From Bilabrum cf. latius (Eukaryota): a DNA stretch of 64,000 nt. Within the stretch, counting starts at the first letter, position 1; each line of letters opens with the position of its first letter. Made by a program: the position numbers and the translations under genes. The DNA lies in contig OZ237761.1 in the NCBI GenBank assembly GCA_965178125.1, positions 1 through 64,000 of the forward strand, in the 5' to 3' direction. Under the pieces are notes generated by a model. It searched no databases, was not told the DNA's origin, and saw only the letters and a list, made by a program, of their open reading frames with translations. Below are positions 24,301 to 37,241 of this stretch, piece by piece.

Positions 24301-27300
24301 CTCCGCAAGTGGGGTCACTCGGTCGCCGGCACGGGCGGGGCAGCAGACCCGAGTGGAGAGGAGGCTCCTGGTGAGGCGGCTGCTCTGGGTGCGCTGCAGG
24401 AGGGAGTGTCAGACATCATGCGCCAGCTGCAGGAACAGATCGAGCGGCTGTTGGACATGCATTGCATGGCGGCATTTATGGACTGCTGCTGGGTCCCCGA
24501 GTGGGGCTGTACCTCGTGGGCTGCGCACCAGCTGGGCCGACCGGTGGGTGCCTTTGCGCCCAGTGCTAGCGTCATCCGAGGACTTTAGACGCCGCTACAC
24601 CACCGCTTGAAGCATTAGGACAACCAAGGCGGCCCTTCGATCGAGCGTTCAGGAAGCAGGGAGGCCTCGCTGCAGGCCTCCCGATTTGCCGCGCTGGCTC
24701 TTCGCCTGCAGATGGACCTGGCAGCCGGTCGATCTACTGGACGGCAACTGGGGGAAGCACGTGCGGAAGGAGGCGCTGCAGAAGGTAGGTCCTCGCATTC
24801 TGAGCCCCAGGCATTGCAATCAGCCGAAGCAATACTGGCCGACACCAGGTGGGGCCACGAGGCCGGCGTGCTCGTGACTGGCTCCGAGCTGGTGGCCCGT
24901 GGCTCGGATGCTGCAGCTAGCGCAGCTGTATCCAAGGTACGGAGCCTCATGGGACAGTCCGATCACGCTGTTCTGCCCTCGAGCGATTTGAGCGGGTTTC
25001 AACTGCCAGAGCAAGCCTACCCTGTGTCCCACCTGAGGACCTGCATCGATCTATCCGGCTCCTATGCGGTGCGAGGAGGCGGGGCCCCGGCGAGGTCCGA
25101 AGACGGCATCAGCGAGACGGTGCTGCCTAGGCTGCTAGATGCAGAGCGGGCCACCGAAGAGCTGCATGCGGCGCTCAACAAAGCCATGCGCGAGCACGGG
25201 GGAGGTGGGGGCGAGGCCGATCTGTTGTCGATGCACCGCCAGGATGCGAACTCATTGCTGGTGGCTGCACTGCAGGAGCTATAGATGCCCGCAGCAAGGC
25301 GCATCGAGCAGACTAGATTTCAGGGCAGGTCAATAAGGACGTCTACAAGCGGCGCATACCGTGGCTTTGAAGCCCGGGTAGACGGCATGCCGAGGACTTA
25401 CGACCTGTAGCTGCAGGATGGCTGCATTGTTTGCCAGCCAGCGCAGTCAGATGCTGGCAGTCGATTCTTTGGTGCTGATGCAGATAGTGGCAGAACGCTC
25501 CAGCTGCCATGCAACGGGGTGGTACCGGGCCTTGCGGCCGGAGACCATCCCCTAATGGCTGCCCTAGTGAACGTGTCTGCAAGCCGTGTAGTGCTCGTCA
25601 AGGGTGGAAATGGTGCACGTGCTTCAGGTGCTGCAGGCGAAGGCAGTGCAGCGCGCTTGAGGCCAGTTCTGCAGAAGCAGACATCATGGCAAGCAAGCAC
25701 GCTGCACGCAGAGCTGGGCATGAACTCACCCGTGGGCACTGCCACAAGGATGCAGCTCGATTTGGAAGATGGACTACGGTCTGCCAGCTTGCCAAGAGAC
25801 CACGTGCTTGTATTTGAAGGTTCCGACACGGCGCATCACTTTGTGCAAACTGTGCGAAGCTATCTAGCTAGGGCTGGTGCGGCTTCGCGAGGGGTTTCGT
25901 CTGCGGCACACCCTGAGGCTCTGCATGGAGCAGTCCAGCAGAGGCTCAGAGAGATGCTTTTTGAAGGAGTCGGGCACGAGTATGGCAGCAGACTGGAAGC
26001 AAAAGGGGGCGGATAGGAGACCCGGAGTATGCGCAGCGGATTCGGAATCGATTTCATAGCATCGGTGGTGCAGGACAGGGAGGCATCGCAGCAGCTTGTG
26101 CCTGAGCATATGCCACAACACGCGGCCAATGCCTCCCTGTAGTGCACCGTGTCCTCCCTTCGACTCATGCTGGTACCTGAGGTGGCCATGCACTCCCTGG
26201 CTTTCATTGAGAGGGCACGGCTTGCATGGGTAGTCGCTAGTTTCTTGTTCCCACGGGTACATGAGTCGCTGCAGCCGTCAAAGCGGGTCACCAATGGATC
26301 CAAAGAGGATGAATAGGCGCGCGAAAGCGGTGACTCTGCCGATGACAGTGATCGCGGGAAAGGGGCGGCGGTTGGAGCAGGCAGCAGCGGCAGCGCAGAA
26401 TCGAGTGAAGATGAGATATATGAGGAAGACGAGGAGCGCAAGTCGGACGAGTCTGGATCCGGCGATGATCGTGATGTTGGCGATGGGCAGAGGCTTAGAC
26501 GTGGCGATACAGCCAGCAATGGGCAGTCTGGCGGTCGAGTGCAGGCAGTGCAGCTGCGCATTCGGCCTGCGGTGAATCTCTGGGTCGAGCGACTGACGGT
26601 GGTAGCCACAGAGTACCGGGACACAGCCGAAGAGGCTAGAGCCAGTAAATCCAGTGCCGACGAAGAAGACGATGGCTCGGTTGTAACGGATCAGCCAGGC
26701 TCGGTGGGCGGTGTGCGGCTGGGGCAAGGTCTCTCAGCATTGCAGATTGACCTCAAGGGCATGTCGATGCGGACTGCCGGGGCTGCCTAGAATGCAGCGG
26801 AGCTGATGCAGGCGGGCTGCATCCAAGACGCCCTGCGCTCTGTGCTGGATGGAGATGCCCCAAGCGACGGGCTGCAGTCTGCCATCCTTTCGCCGTAGAT
26901 CGGGATTGCAATGTCTCTAGAGTCGGCTCAGGCGCGGGTATTGCAGGTGGCCGCATTAATGCCAGCGGGAATTAGCGAGGATGAAGTCACAGAGGTAGCT
27001 CGCACGGCATCACAATAGAGAGACCGCGCGAGCGAAATGGACCGGCCAGCAGCACATCGCCCTCCTGCACCCGTAGAACAGCCCCAATCCCTGCGTGAGA
27101 GCGGTCAGGTGGACGTCGCGTCTGACGTGCTTCCTGTGCGATTCGAGGCGGATGAATGGGTGTCTGGTCTGGCAGTTCAGTGGTGTTCTACACTGCTGCT
27201 GCTCGAGGGTCTGGGGATCAGCGGGGTCATCGTGCCTGGAGGGACTAGTTTCCGGCAGCTTGGCAGATCAGCACGGGCCAGGTTTTATGCAGATGCAGAC

Positions 27301-30300
27301 AGCGGCGGGTCCAGTCCTAGCGTCGGGTACGGCGGTGAAGATGCTGATGACGGTAATGATGATGTGGTGGAGTACCCACCTCTCATTGGCTTGCGGTTTC
27401 GATTGCAGCACGCCGGCGTCATGCTGGGTGCAGGCACTGGGGAGGCACTCGTCCGTCTGGCCAAGCGGTGGGCCACTGTCCCGCTTCAGGTGCTGCACCG
27501 GGTGCAAAAGACAAGCGCTTTGTCAGACCGAAGGATTAGAACGATATCAGCGGCAGGGTCCATAGAAAAAGGCCGATCAGCACCCATCAGATCAACAGAA
27601 GAGGCGAAAGGTAATGACGCGAAGGAGGCAAGTTCCGACGGCAACAAGTCCAAGCCCAGACCCAAGGGTGCCCCCCTGGGTCTGGAAGCGGTGCGGGTGG
27701 TGATTGCATTAGAGCTAGCTAGGCTGACATTTTCGCTGGAGGGTAACGGCAGTGCCATGCACCGACGTGTACTCAGAGCAAACGATGCGATGAGCTCGGA
27801 TCGGTTGGTTGGACTCGGTCGGCTGGACGAGGCCTCCATGGCTGCTGCCACGTACAGTGAACTGCTGCGAGCGTCGGGCCACGGCCTGGAAGTGGGTATC
27901 TTGGCCACTGTGGCTCGCGGGACTGATCTCGAAGACATGGCCTACAGGGCGCGAGCGACGAAGGGAGCAGATGAGCTTAGCCCGCCAGGATCCGCAGAGG
28001 CCGCAGTGGCTCGTGCATTTGCGCCAGGATCTGCGATCGCGATTGCGAGGCTGCACATGGCCGAAATATGGGAACCGAAGGTGCAGCGCACTGCACGGTA
28101 CCATGGTAGCAGCGTGAGCACAACCGGGGAGCACGGGCGCTCCCGGGGCCGTCACCTGCTCACGTTGGTTGGAAACGGAAAGCAAGCGGGACCAGGATCC
28201 AGGGCTATTCGCGCTGTGGTAAGCGCTGGCTTGGAGCCCCACCCGCTCATGGACCTCGCTGGCGCGCAGTCTGGGCTGCTGAAGTTGCATCGAAATGCTG
28301 CATCTTCTGAGAAGAGGCCAGCAGAGGACAATGACGGTGCTCAAAGTGCCATCGATTTCATCCAAAGGAGCGTTGCAGCACAGGTGGGCGAGCTGCGGCC
28401 AACGCTGGATTTAGACGTGGATGTTCAACTAGGCCGGATCTATGCCACGTTGGAGTGGGAAATTGCGTCCCGAGTGGCCCTCGAGCTGGAGGCCATGAAA
28501 CGAGGCACTCTGCCGGCCATTGCAGAGCTGGCGGCTGTTCCTAGCCAGGTGGCACAGCTACTGACTACGCAGGCAGCAGGTGCGTCTGACGATACCAGCG
28601 CTGGCCCAGCCATGGCTCGGGCGGCTTCCACAAGAAGCGTCCTAGCTGCCAATGGGGATGATTCGCCCGGCAGTGAAATGCCGGATAGCCCGAGTGGGGT
28701 CGAGTCTGGCAGCAACGAGAACGACGATGATCGTGCCCGAGGGAAGTCTCTGGACTCTGCCGTCGAGTCTGTGTCTTTTCCTCAATTCATTGCAATTCGA
28801 ATGGCGCTGGAGGCAGAGCAAACTCGACTGGGAGTCTCCGCATTCAACACACCGCTTGCCGTGCTTGCCGCCAGAAAGGTAGCGGTAGCTGCATCGGGGG
28901 GCGCTGCGATGCTGCACGGGGCCGAAGACGCCTTCAGCTTTCTATCTCCAAGCAGTCGAGCCGCGAAGGGGCCAGCGGATCAGGGACTTGGTACTTTGAA
29001 GAGTGAAGCTGGATCGGACGCATCGATTGGAACCGATGACGCTGAGAGCGTTGCCATCGTTCTGGAGCGATTCAGGCGCCAGGTCATGTCCAGTGACAGA
29101 CTGCAGCAATCGATGCCGAAGGGTACATCTGCAGAGCTTAGTTTTGAGTGCGACTTTTTGGAGGCGGTGCTGGCTCGACCGACCGAGTTCGGGTGTCGTT
29201 CAGCCGTCCGCAAACGTAAGCAGCGCAAATAGGCTCTGGTGCGTCGGGGAGAAGACTCGTAGATCCGAAAGCTACGTGCGGCGACACGAAGGCCGAGCTT
29301 CTGGCGGCAGAGGCTCTCGGATGCACCGTCTGTCGGAGACACGATCTACTCGGAGGGTCAGACCAGGGTGGATGCTGCATGTCCTCCACTGCCTGTGTTA
29401 TGGTTGCTGACCCGCGCCAACACGGAGTTCTGGTCTGGAGTGCCGGGAGGCACCGTATCAATCAGCGGGGAACGCATCGCGGGTTCTCTCCGTGCTTCCA
29501 GCTACACTAACCAGCAGTCTGCGATGGATCTGCAGGCCTCCGTGCGACGACTTGCCCTTGCTGCGGAACAGGACCCGGCCGCAGTCCCCGAGGGGGTAAG
29601 AGCCTGCATGTTCCACAGCGATGCGGAGGCTGACCGTCAGGGGCAGGCAGGGCGCAGCGGAGGGATCCTGCCCACACCCGCTCACGCCCGCCAGGCCTCG
29701 TGGGGCGGGCAGTAGCGGGCGCCGAATAGGGGAGGATATCGGACGGTCAAGACGGAGCCTGGCAGCGCAGCAGATGGGGCGTGGGGCAGAGGGGCGCCGC
29801 TTCGTATCCAACGCCTTGCAAGCGGCCTCTTTGAGCCCCCGCCAGGGCGGCAACGACTGGCAAGCGTGCCAGTCAGCAGGTGCAGGCGGTGGCACGCGGC
29901 CTATCGGGAGTGGCCCATCCCGGCTTGGCAGTGGGTGTATGGCCTCGCGCGTCGGGACCATACACCCCGGGTCATCGCAAGACTGGGGCCGTGCAGATCA
30001 CCTCAGTCGGTACAGCGCATCGTCAAGCGGTTCGAAGCCCTAAAGCGGTAGAACTAGGGGTTTGGGCTAGCGTCACCTTCACCTGTATACCGCCAAGACG
30101 CCCCTCACACACCCTCTTCTCCGCATCGCCACTCACCCGTTCGCTCCTCTGGGGACGTAACTGATGTTGCAAGGCATGTATACGGCTCTGAGTGGTCTGC
30201 CGCAGCCGAAGCTGCCGCTAGCTCCGTCCCAGACTTGCCATCCGGGTGGCAGGAGGGTCTCTCGTTGTCCATGCTGCTGCCCACTGTTGTCACTAAGCAT

Positions 30301-33300
30301 GCAGGGCAACGGGCTAGACATGAGATAGCGGGCCGTAGTGCGCCAATGGTGCCATCTGCTGGACTTGACCGTCTAGAGATGGACGCCGTGGAGAGACAAG
30401 GGCTCGTGGAGAGACTGGCCCGAGACGACGCCAACCCGCTGCAGTCGGTCATCGAGATAGGAGCTGGCAGCCTGCACCTGATTACCGACCCGCTAGGCCT
30501 GTTTTAGCTGCACGAAACTATCGCAGTAATCAAAGAGATCCTGGGCGTGTTCCGTTTCTCGACTGTCACAGTTGAGAGTCAGGACATAGGGGGGATAATT
30601 CGAGGCGGGTCTGGCGGTATTGGTACTAGAGAGGAGGTGGGGCAAGGGCCTACCAACGGCTCCAGCAAGGAAGCAGACACTGGTGCTCGGGCGGGTGGTG
30701 TACGCAGCCGAGGTGTAGGCTCTGACGAGGGCATGCTATGGTAGTGGAAGCTAAGGGAGCAGTGGCAGCACGGCACGACCGATTACATTGGTGTGTCTGC
30801 CGCTGAGGCGCAGATCACAATGTGCAGTGTAGCGGATGCACTTCGATTCAAATGGTAGGGGCCTGGTGATGGGTCCTATCATGGGGGAGCTGCAGCTGAG
30901 GGGGGCTCACTGGGTTCCCGGCAGTTCGAGGGCCTGGAGTGGTTCTTTGGGCACCCTTGCGTGCGAGGCCCCGTAGCAGAGCACATGTGGCTGGTGGGTC
31001 AAGGTATCGAGGTGGAGGTATCGTCGAGGCAGGCCACGCAGCACCAGGCTTGGGAGCTCGAGTGGAGGGATGGCAGGGGTGCCTTGAAGGAGGATCTCAA
31101 GGGGTCAATTGAGTGGGTCCAGACCATGGTGCGTATGGACGGCGGACAGGGACTACCAGGCAGAAACCACAGCCAGTTTGGGCCAGACATGCCAGCATCG
31201 CAACCAGACGGCAAGGGGGGTGGATCAGGCAAGGCATAGCAAGCAGTTCCAACGGAGCAACGAGTGTGGATCGCGCTGCGACACGACCAAGCAAACTTAC
31301 CGAAGCACATGTCAATCCACATTCGGATGGGTGGGGCCTCAATCACTGACGTCAGTCCCAGTCCGTACACTTAGTTCCCCGATGACGTGGAGGAACAGGG
31401 TAGAGATCGGACTGGGACAGCAGAGTCAGGAGCTGGAGCGAACGGGGACTCGCCAGACTCGAGCTAGTCCCGGTATCCTCCGGCAGGCACCCCTTCACCT
31501 TTCTCCCGCGCCCGAAGGTGCATGCCGCAATCGCTTCGAATGAACACCGACCTTGCCCGACCAACTGGACCTGTTGGTCTAGGTGGACGGCGGGTTGGTT
31601 GGGTGAAGCGGAACGCTGCCTTTGCATGGACTCCGCCATTCGACCCTCTTTCAGTCGACGCGCCTAGCCTCATGTTCCCTCTGCGGGTGGCATTTCGCAA
31701 GAGCATGGCAGCTACCACTGCGGCTGTTCGTAGGCGGCTTGAGGCCCTCAAAAACGGCGATGTGGTGGCAGCTGCTGTGCGACGATCGGCTAAGCGGGAG
31801 GCAGACACGCGCGGCAAATTGAGCGCCATCGCTGAGGCACGCAGGCGAGCCATGGGGGGAATGGATTTCCAGGGGGATGGGCCTACCCGTGCATCAATTG
31901 CTTCTGATCATGATACTGCCGCAGGACCTGGGCACGAGCCAGACGAGGACAAGGGTAATGCCAAAGGCCGTGCTGCAGGAGGCACTCCAAAGCCGATCCT
32001 CGGTGCCGGAGGTACATCAGAGGGGCAGGATAGCGATAGCAGCTAGAGCACCACAAACGGCGCGGCAGTGGAAGACACGCAAGCGACAATCACGCGTGGA
32101 GACCTACTACGAGAATTGTTTTAGCCAGACGGTCTTGGGTCGCGGGTGTGGTACGCTCGCGAGCTGGGCTGGGCCATGCCTTGCGGGCTGCAACCGTTGG
32201 TGGAGCTGGCAATCGCGGACGCGGAGAAAGCAGCTGCTCGAAAGCAGGATGTGGTTGCAGGAGAATGGTACTTTTCTGACGAGGACGAAGATCGCGATGA
32301 TGCCAAAGACAGGCGTGAAATAGAGCAGGGCAGCAAGGACGAGGACGGACAAGCCGATAGCGCGGGGGGAGAGGTCGATCATCGGAAGTCACGAGGCAAA
32401 ACGGGGGGCATGGGGGCTACAAGTGACGTGGCGAGTGCGACCAGTCACAGGACGGACGGGAGCGACGAGGAGACAGACCCCGGCTGGCTGGACCTGCGCC
32501 GAGGTGACACGCGCCTGGACCAGGAGAAGGTTGCCAAGCAAGCAAAGGAACGCAGGAAGCGCGCCGCTATGCGCCTCGTGCTCAAGGAGGAGCTGTCGAG
32601 GGAACAAGCCGCGCTAGAGGTCAATGCCATCCTGGTGGCGGGCTCTCCGGGAGTACCTGGGCTGGCTGCATGCGCTCTATCGCGACAGATGAATGCGTCA
32701 CAACCGCGCACAGGTCTGCTGAGCGTGCGGCACAAGGTAGGAGGCCCTCGTCTACCGGTTGCTGCACTGCCTGTTCTCGCCATCATGGCGGCAGAGAGGC
32801 ACAAGACTGCGCAGCAGTCGGTGGCTTGCGGACCCACGGAGCTGCCCAGCCGGGGCAAGTTCCCGATGGCTGTGGACGTAATCATGCCCATTGCACTGCC
32901 GGACTTCCTGCCTCCCGCCTCTGCTGCTCCCGGTGAGTCGCAAGAGGATGCAGAGCAGGATGCTGCAGCGGAGCGCGAGCTGGCTGGCCTGGACCGAGTG
33001 GAGCTGGAAGCAGGGGGTGCGGCAGCGGTGCAGCCTGCACGAGTTCCTTCCGGCCCTGTGGACTAGCAGCACGGCGACCCTGGCTGCGGTACGGATGCAG
33101 AGCTGTTTGCATTCGAAGGGGCGTATGGCAGCAGGGAGGATAGGTGTGACGATTCGATTCCCGCGACATACTGTCCGCCCATGGCCCGAGCGTTGGAGGA
33201 CTACCCTCAGGCGTTCAAGATGCAGATCACGGTGTGCGCGGACCAGGGGACGGTTTCCTTTGTGCCTAGGTTCGTGCTGAAGGAGTTCGCCCCTTCCATC

Positions 33301-36300
33301 GGTCTCACCATCGACGCATTCAACGGAAAGTCGCCCTGGGCCGCGCTGGACGCCGTCCCCAGGCCGCCCACGAACCCGCCGATTAGCCTGCAGATATTCG
33401 CGTCGCGGACACGAGCCCTTGTGCCACCGCGGTGCGACGTGGATGGTACGCCTGACGGAGACAGGGAGATGACCGGGCACTCTGCAGCGGGAGGAGGCAC
33501 CCGCCCCGGCACCGATGCCAGTCTGCCCCGACCGACGATGCTGCTAGCTGCAGCCCGTGCCATCAGTATCCGGCTGTCTCAGAGAGTGGGAGCAGCTGCA
33601 CTCAAACCAGACGTCGTCCGACCCTCAACCGCTGCTGTCGAACAGGCCAGGCGCCGAGAGTGGCAGCGCCTGGCAATCGACGTGGATGCGGCGATGGCCG
33701 AGAGCTGGAGCGTGGAGGGGCACCCGACTGACCCCACCAAGAGAGCGACTGAGAGCACGGTGGCGTCGGTGCGCCGCCGTGCCATGCGGGTGCTTGCTGC
33801 TGAACGGATGGGCTCCATGCGAGTGCCCCAGGTCATGCTGCGCCCGAGGCGGCTGCACCTGCATCCCCTGCTCCCACTCACAAACGACGTGATCCACGAC
33901 CCCGCACTTGGGCTGATGCCGGTGCTCGTGGCCGGAGGGGGGGGGGCTGGGTCTGGAGCGGGCGGGTCGGCGAGCTAGGGCAAGCACCATGGTCCGCGAT
34001 CTGGGCCCGGAGGCCGAAGGGGCGCCTAGATTCACCAGCCCCGGGTTATAGTACCCACGATGGTGATAGAGATTCGGTCTGCCAGGGGCATCCGGCTCGA
34101 AGCAGTGGAGCCGGGGCAGCTGGGCGCATCGTTGGGGATTGTAGCTCCGGGTCTAGTGCCTGTGCCTCCCCGATGGCTCCCCTCTCGCATCGATCAGGTC
34201 CCAATGCACGGGCCATGGGAGCGCGCGCCCTAGCCCCCATTTGTACGTCCTGTCCTCTAGTCCGGAGACGAGGTGCTGCAGAGCCTGGCAGAGAAAGACT
34301 GGCTGTTCGGGCGGGGCATCATGCAGCACGATGCGCTGCAACTGCACGATTTCATCAGAGCACACGCGGCACAAGACGTCGAATGGGACCCGCAGGGAGG
34401 AAGCGGGCGCGGGAGGGGCCAGCGGCACGGGCGGACTCTTGTGGGCAATATGCCAACAGAGCTCGGTGGCCATCGGGCCTAGGATGGCCTGGCCACGAGT
34501 GCAGCCGCTGCGGAGGGCATCGCTGCCCCGAGTCCCGCTGGATTCTTCTCGGACCATGCCGCTGCGGAGATGAAGCAGATCTGGGTGTCCTCCGGCAGGC
34601 AGCTCGACCAGGCCAAGACAGCGGGGGAGAGGCTCAAGATGCTCATCCGGCCTTTCATGGAGGTGCATCGCACGATAGGGCTGCAGACGCTTGCACTGCC
34701 GTAGTGGCAGCGGCCTTGGTTCAGCGAGGCTAGCTCCGCACTGTCGAAGCGCGATCGTGCAGTGCAACGCGCCATCATGGGCTGGGCGAGGCCAAGCTCG
34801 CAGGACGCGGAGAGGAGGCGCGGGTGGGAGTCCGAGAGCTTGGTGGAGGCGGGGGTGGGGAAACCGAAGTGGGCCATGTATGCAGGCAGCCTGCAGGTTT
34901 GTCTCCGACAGGTGCACGGCGAGGGTGCGAAGCTCCTGGCGGAGACGCAGCTGGCCATCGACGTGGTGGTGCCAGCTGCCATCTATGGATGGAATGTGGC
35001 GCACGCCGGGCCGCACGCGGGCGGTCCTGTGTCGCATGCTGAGGGCAGGCCTGGGTAGATTCACACAGACATTGACACGGGTTTAACCACCTCGATCTTG
35101 TCAAGCGATACTGGGCTAGGCGGGGTGGAGCGTGGTAGCGCAGACAGCACCGGGCAGGGCGCCGGCCACGTTGCGAGGCGGCTGGCAGCCCCAGGCGTAC
35201 AGATCCCCGAACTGATCGCAACCATGCAGCACGTGGTGAAAGCCTTAAAAGAATTGTCCCCGATCCTGCGGTTTGCTCCCGACTTCGAGTCTCGTTCTGC
35301 TCCAAAGTAGTCTCTGGAGCTGCTGCCAGAGTCTTTGCCAGGCCCTGACGCCGTTGACATCCCCGTATACATGCAGCGGGAGCCGCACAGGGGTGCAGCG
35401 CTGGCCCAGCGAGAGAGACAGGGGGATCCAGGGGCCCTGTCGCGTGCAGCAAAGGCGTGGCCAGGACGTTGGTCCGCATTCCGGGTGCGTATCGTTGAGA
35501 AGCAACCCAAGCAGCTGGTCCTGCGGCATTGCCCCGTAGCTGATGACCCCCGAGATGAGCTCACGATGGACGCTCCCGCATCTCCTTTCATTTTCGGGGG
35601 CCTGCACGAGCACCTGGAGAGGCATGGCCCCTACCCTATTGGAATGAGGGGGTGGGCTGCGCGCCTGCTGAAGGGGGCTGGGGTATCTGGTGAGGCCATG
35701 TTCGACGGTGGTGGGCTAGAGGGCATGCTGCGAGCGGCTTCGCTGCATATAGGCGGGGGCCAGGGCGGCCTGCAGGTACCAGCAGCTGCAGTGGCATCCC
35801 TGCCTCTGGCTCTCGCCCTCCCGTTCGCCACCCGGGCGCAGGCATCTCTGCATCGGTTCGTGCTTGAGCACCTCAGGCAGGAACAACGTTTGCAGGGGGT
35901 GGGCAGTGGTCGGGCCAGGGGGGCCGTTGCCAATAGGAGAGGTGGCGGACTTAGTAGGCAGACGGGACACTCAACGGATCTGTCTCCAGACAGGCCTCCA
36001 GAAAGCGAGTTACCAATGCCAATCGGCTGGCAGCTGCCCGGCCGCACCACCGGAAGGGAACTCATGGCAGAGCTCACTTCCAGGCTGCATCTGTCGGACT
36101 ATGCAGGGGCAGTGCAGTCTCCCACAAGCGCCGATGAGGTCGTGAAAGCGGGTCTTCCCTACGACTGGGAGGGCGAGGATACTGCCGTTCCTGGTCTTGA
36201 GCCAGATGGTCCATCTCGGGCCCACAAGGACAGTGCAGACGAACGGGAGGATGACTCGCGGAGGCGTTCAGCTTCAGCTACTGCAGTACAGTCGAGGATT

Positions 36301-36906
36301 ATGCCCATGCCAGCTCCGGACGGGCAGGCACCAGTCCCGAGCGGGGGCCTAGACAGCACGGGTGGCGACAGCAGCGCCAGCAGCGGGCTGGAAGGCATCC
36401 TGTCGGCAGAAGACATTGCGGCGATCGAGCAGGCCCAGGAGGCGCAGGCACTCGTGCAGAGGGTGACGAGTGGCATGTCCGGTGTAGAGAGGAGGCCATT
36501 GATTGACGGCGTAGTGTTCAATGAGGGTGCCAACCGGGAGCAGCCGGAGGCGGAAGAAGCGGCCTAGCAGGACTTCAGGGGTGCGGAGGGGCGGAAAGGG
36601 TAGGAGGAGAAGCGGGGGTCTCCAGCACCAGGGCATGGCCGCATGGGCGGAGGCGTGGACGATGTATCAGCGGATGGGAACAACGACGACAATCCGCTGG
36701 AGGCTCTGCGTGACTGCGCTGCGCTGCTGCGTGGAGGAGAGCAGGCGACACCGGGTGGGTCGGTCGATCTGGAGGCGGTTGCCAGGGCGATTGAAGCGGC
36801 CAGTCGAAAGGTAGAGTCTCAGCTGGCGGAGCAGTAGCGATCCATTCGATAGCTGGCCGCGCAAGGCGCCGAGCTTGCGACTCTGTTGGCTGACGGTGAC
36901 ACATGA
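18373..36906 (+). CDS. Giant single-exon protein (~6,177 aa with TAG=Gln); N-terminus chorein-N-like, candidate VPS13/ATG2/BLTP bridge-like lipid transfer protein
   Basis: 18,534-nt frame from ATG 18373 to TGA 36904-36906 with ~52 TAGs and no TAA/TGA (gaps between track ORFs read manually). The N-terminus ALKSYFP...KLRLPFE...IELISVQLDVSKL...LPVEVVVEGVHLRMQ and MVPGLNLSVRDLTLVVED resemble chorein-N. Alternating-hydrophobic beta-strand segments recur along the length. The ORF is secure; the family is an inference. Confidence 0.8.
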
Positions 36907-37241
36907 GGGGCGGCTGGGCATCGTGGAGAGGTATGCCTCTGTTCCAAGGGCCACATTCGTGATCAATACGCGGGGCATAGGTACCCATGGAGGGTATCGC
37001 AATATTGTTTACATATAGCGCAATAGTAATAATACCCCTACCAAGTAAACCCAACCTCAGGCTACCACTGTAGATCTGACCCTGTCCCCACCATGCCAAC
37101 CAGACGCGACAGTGTGGATGTTCAACAAGATGTCGCGGCGCCTCACGGCATCCATTGGTTCCGCCACGAACAATCCCCCACTTTAAGCTGCAGTGACTGC
37201 GCAAGCAGCGCTCCATTAAATCACCAGGTGGAGTCGAACCC

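Noticed and set aside
18373-36906. Systematic basecalling error (e.g. CCAG miscalled as CTAG at methylated motifs)
   Set aside because: Many TAGs follow C, but they also follow T, A and G (TTT TAG, AAA TAG, CCG TAG) with varied 3' bases, and the sequence shows no indel errors.
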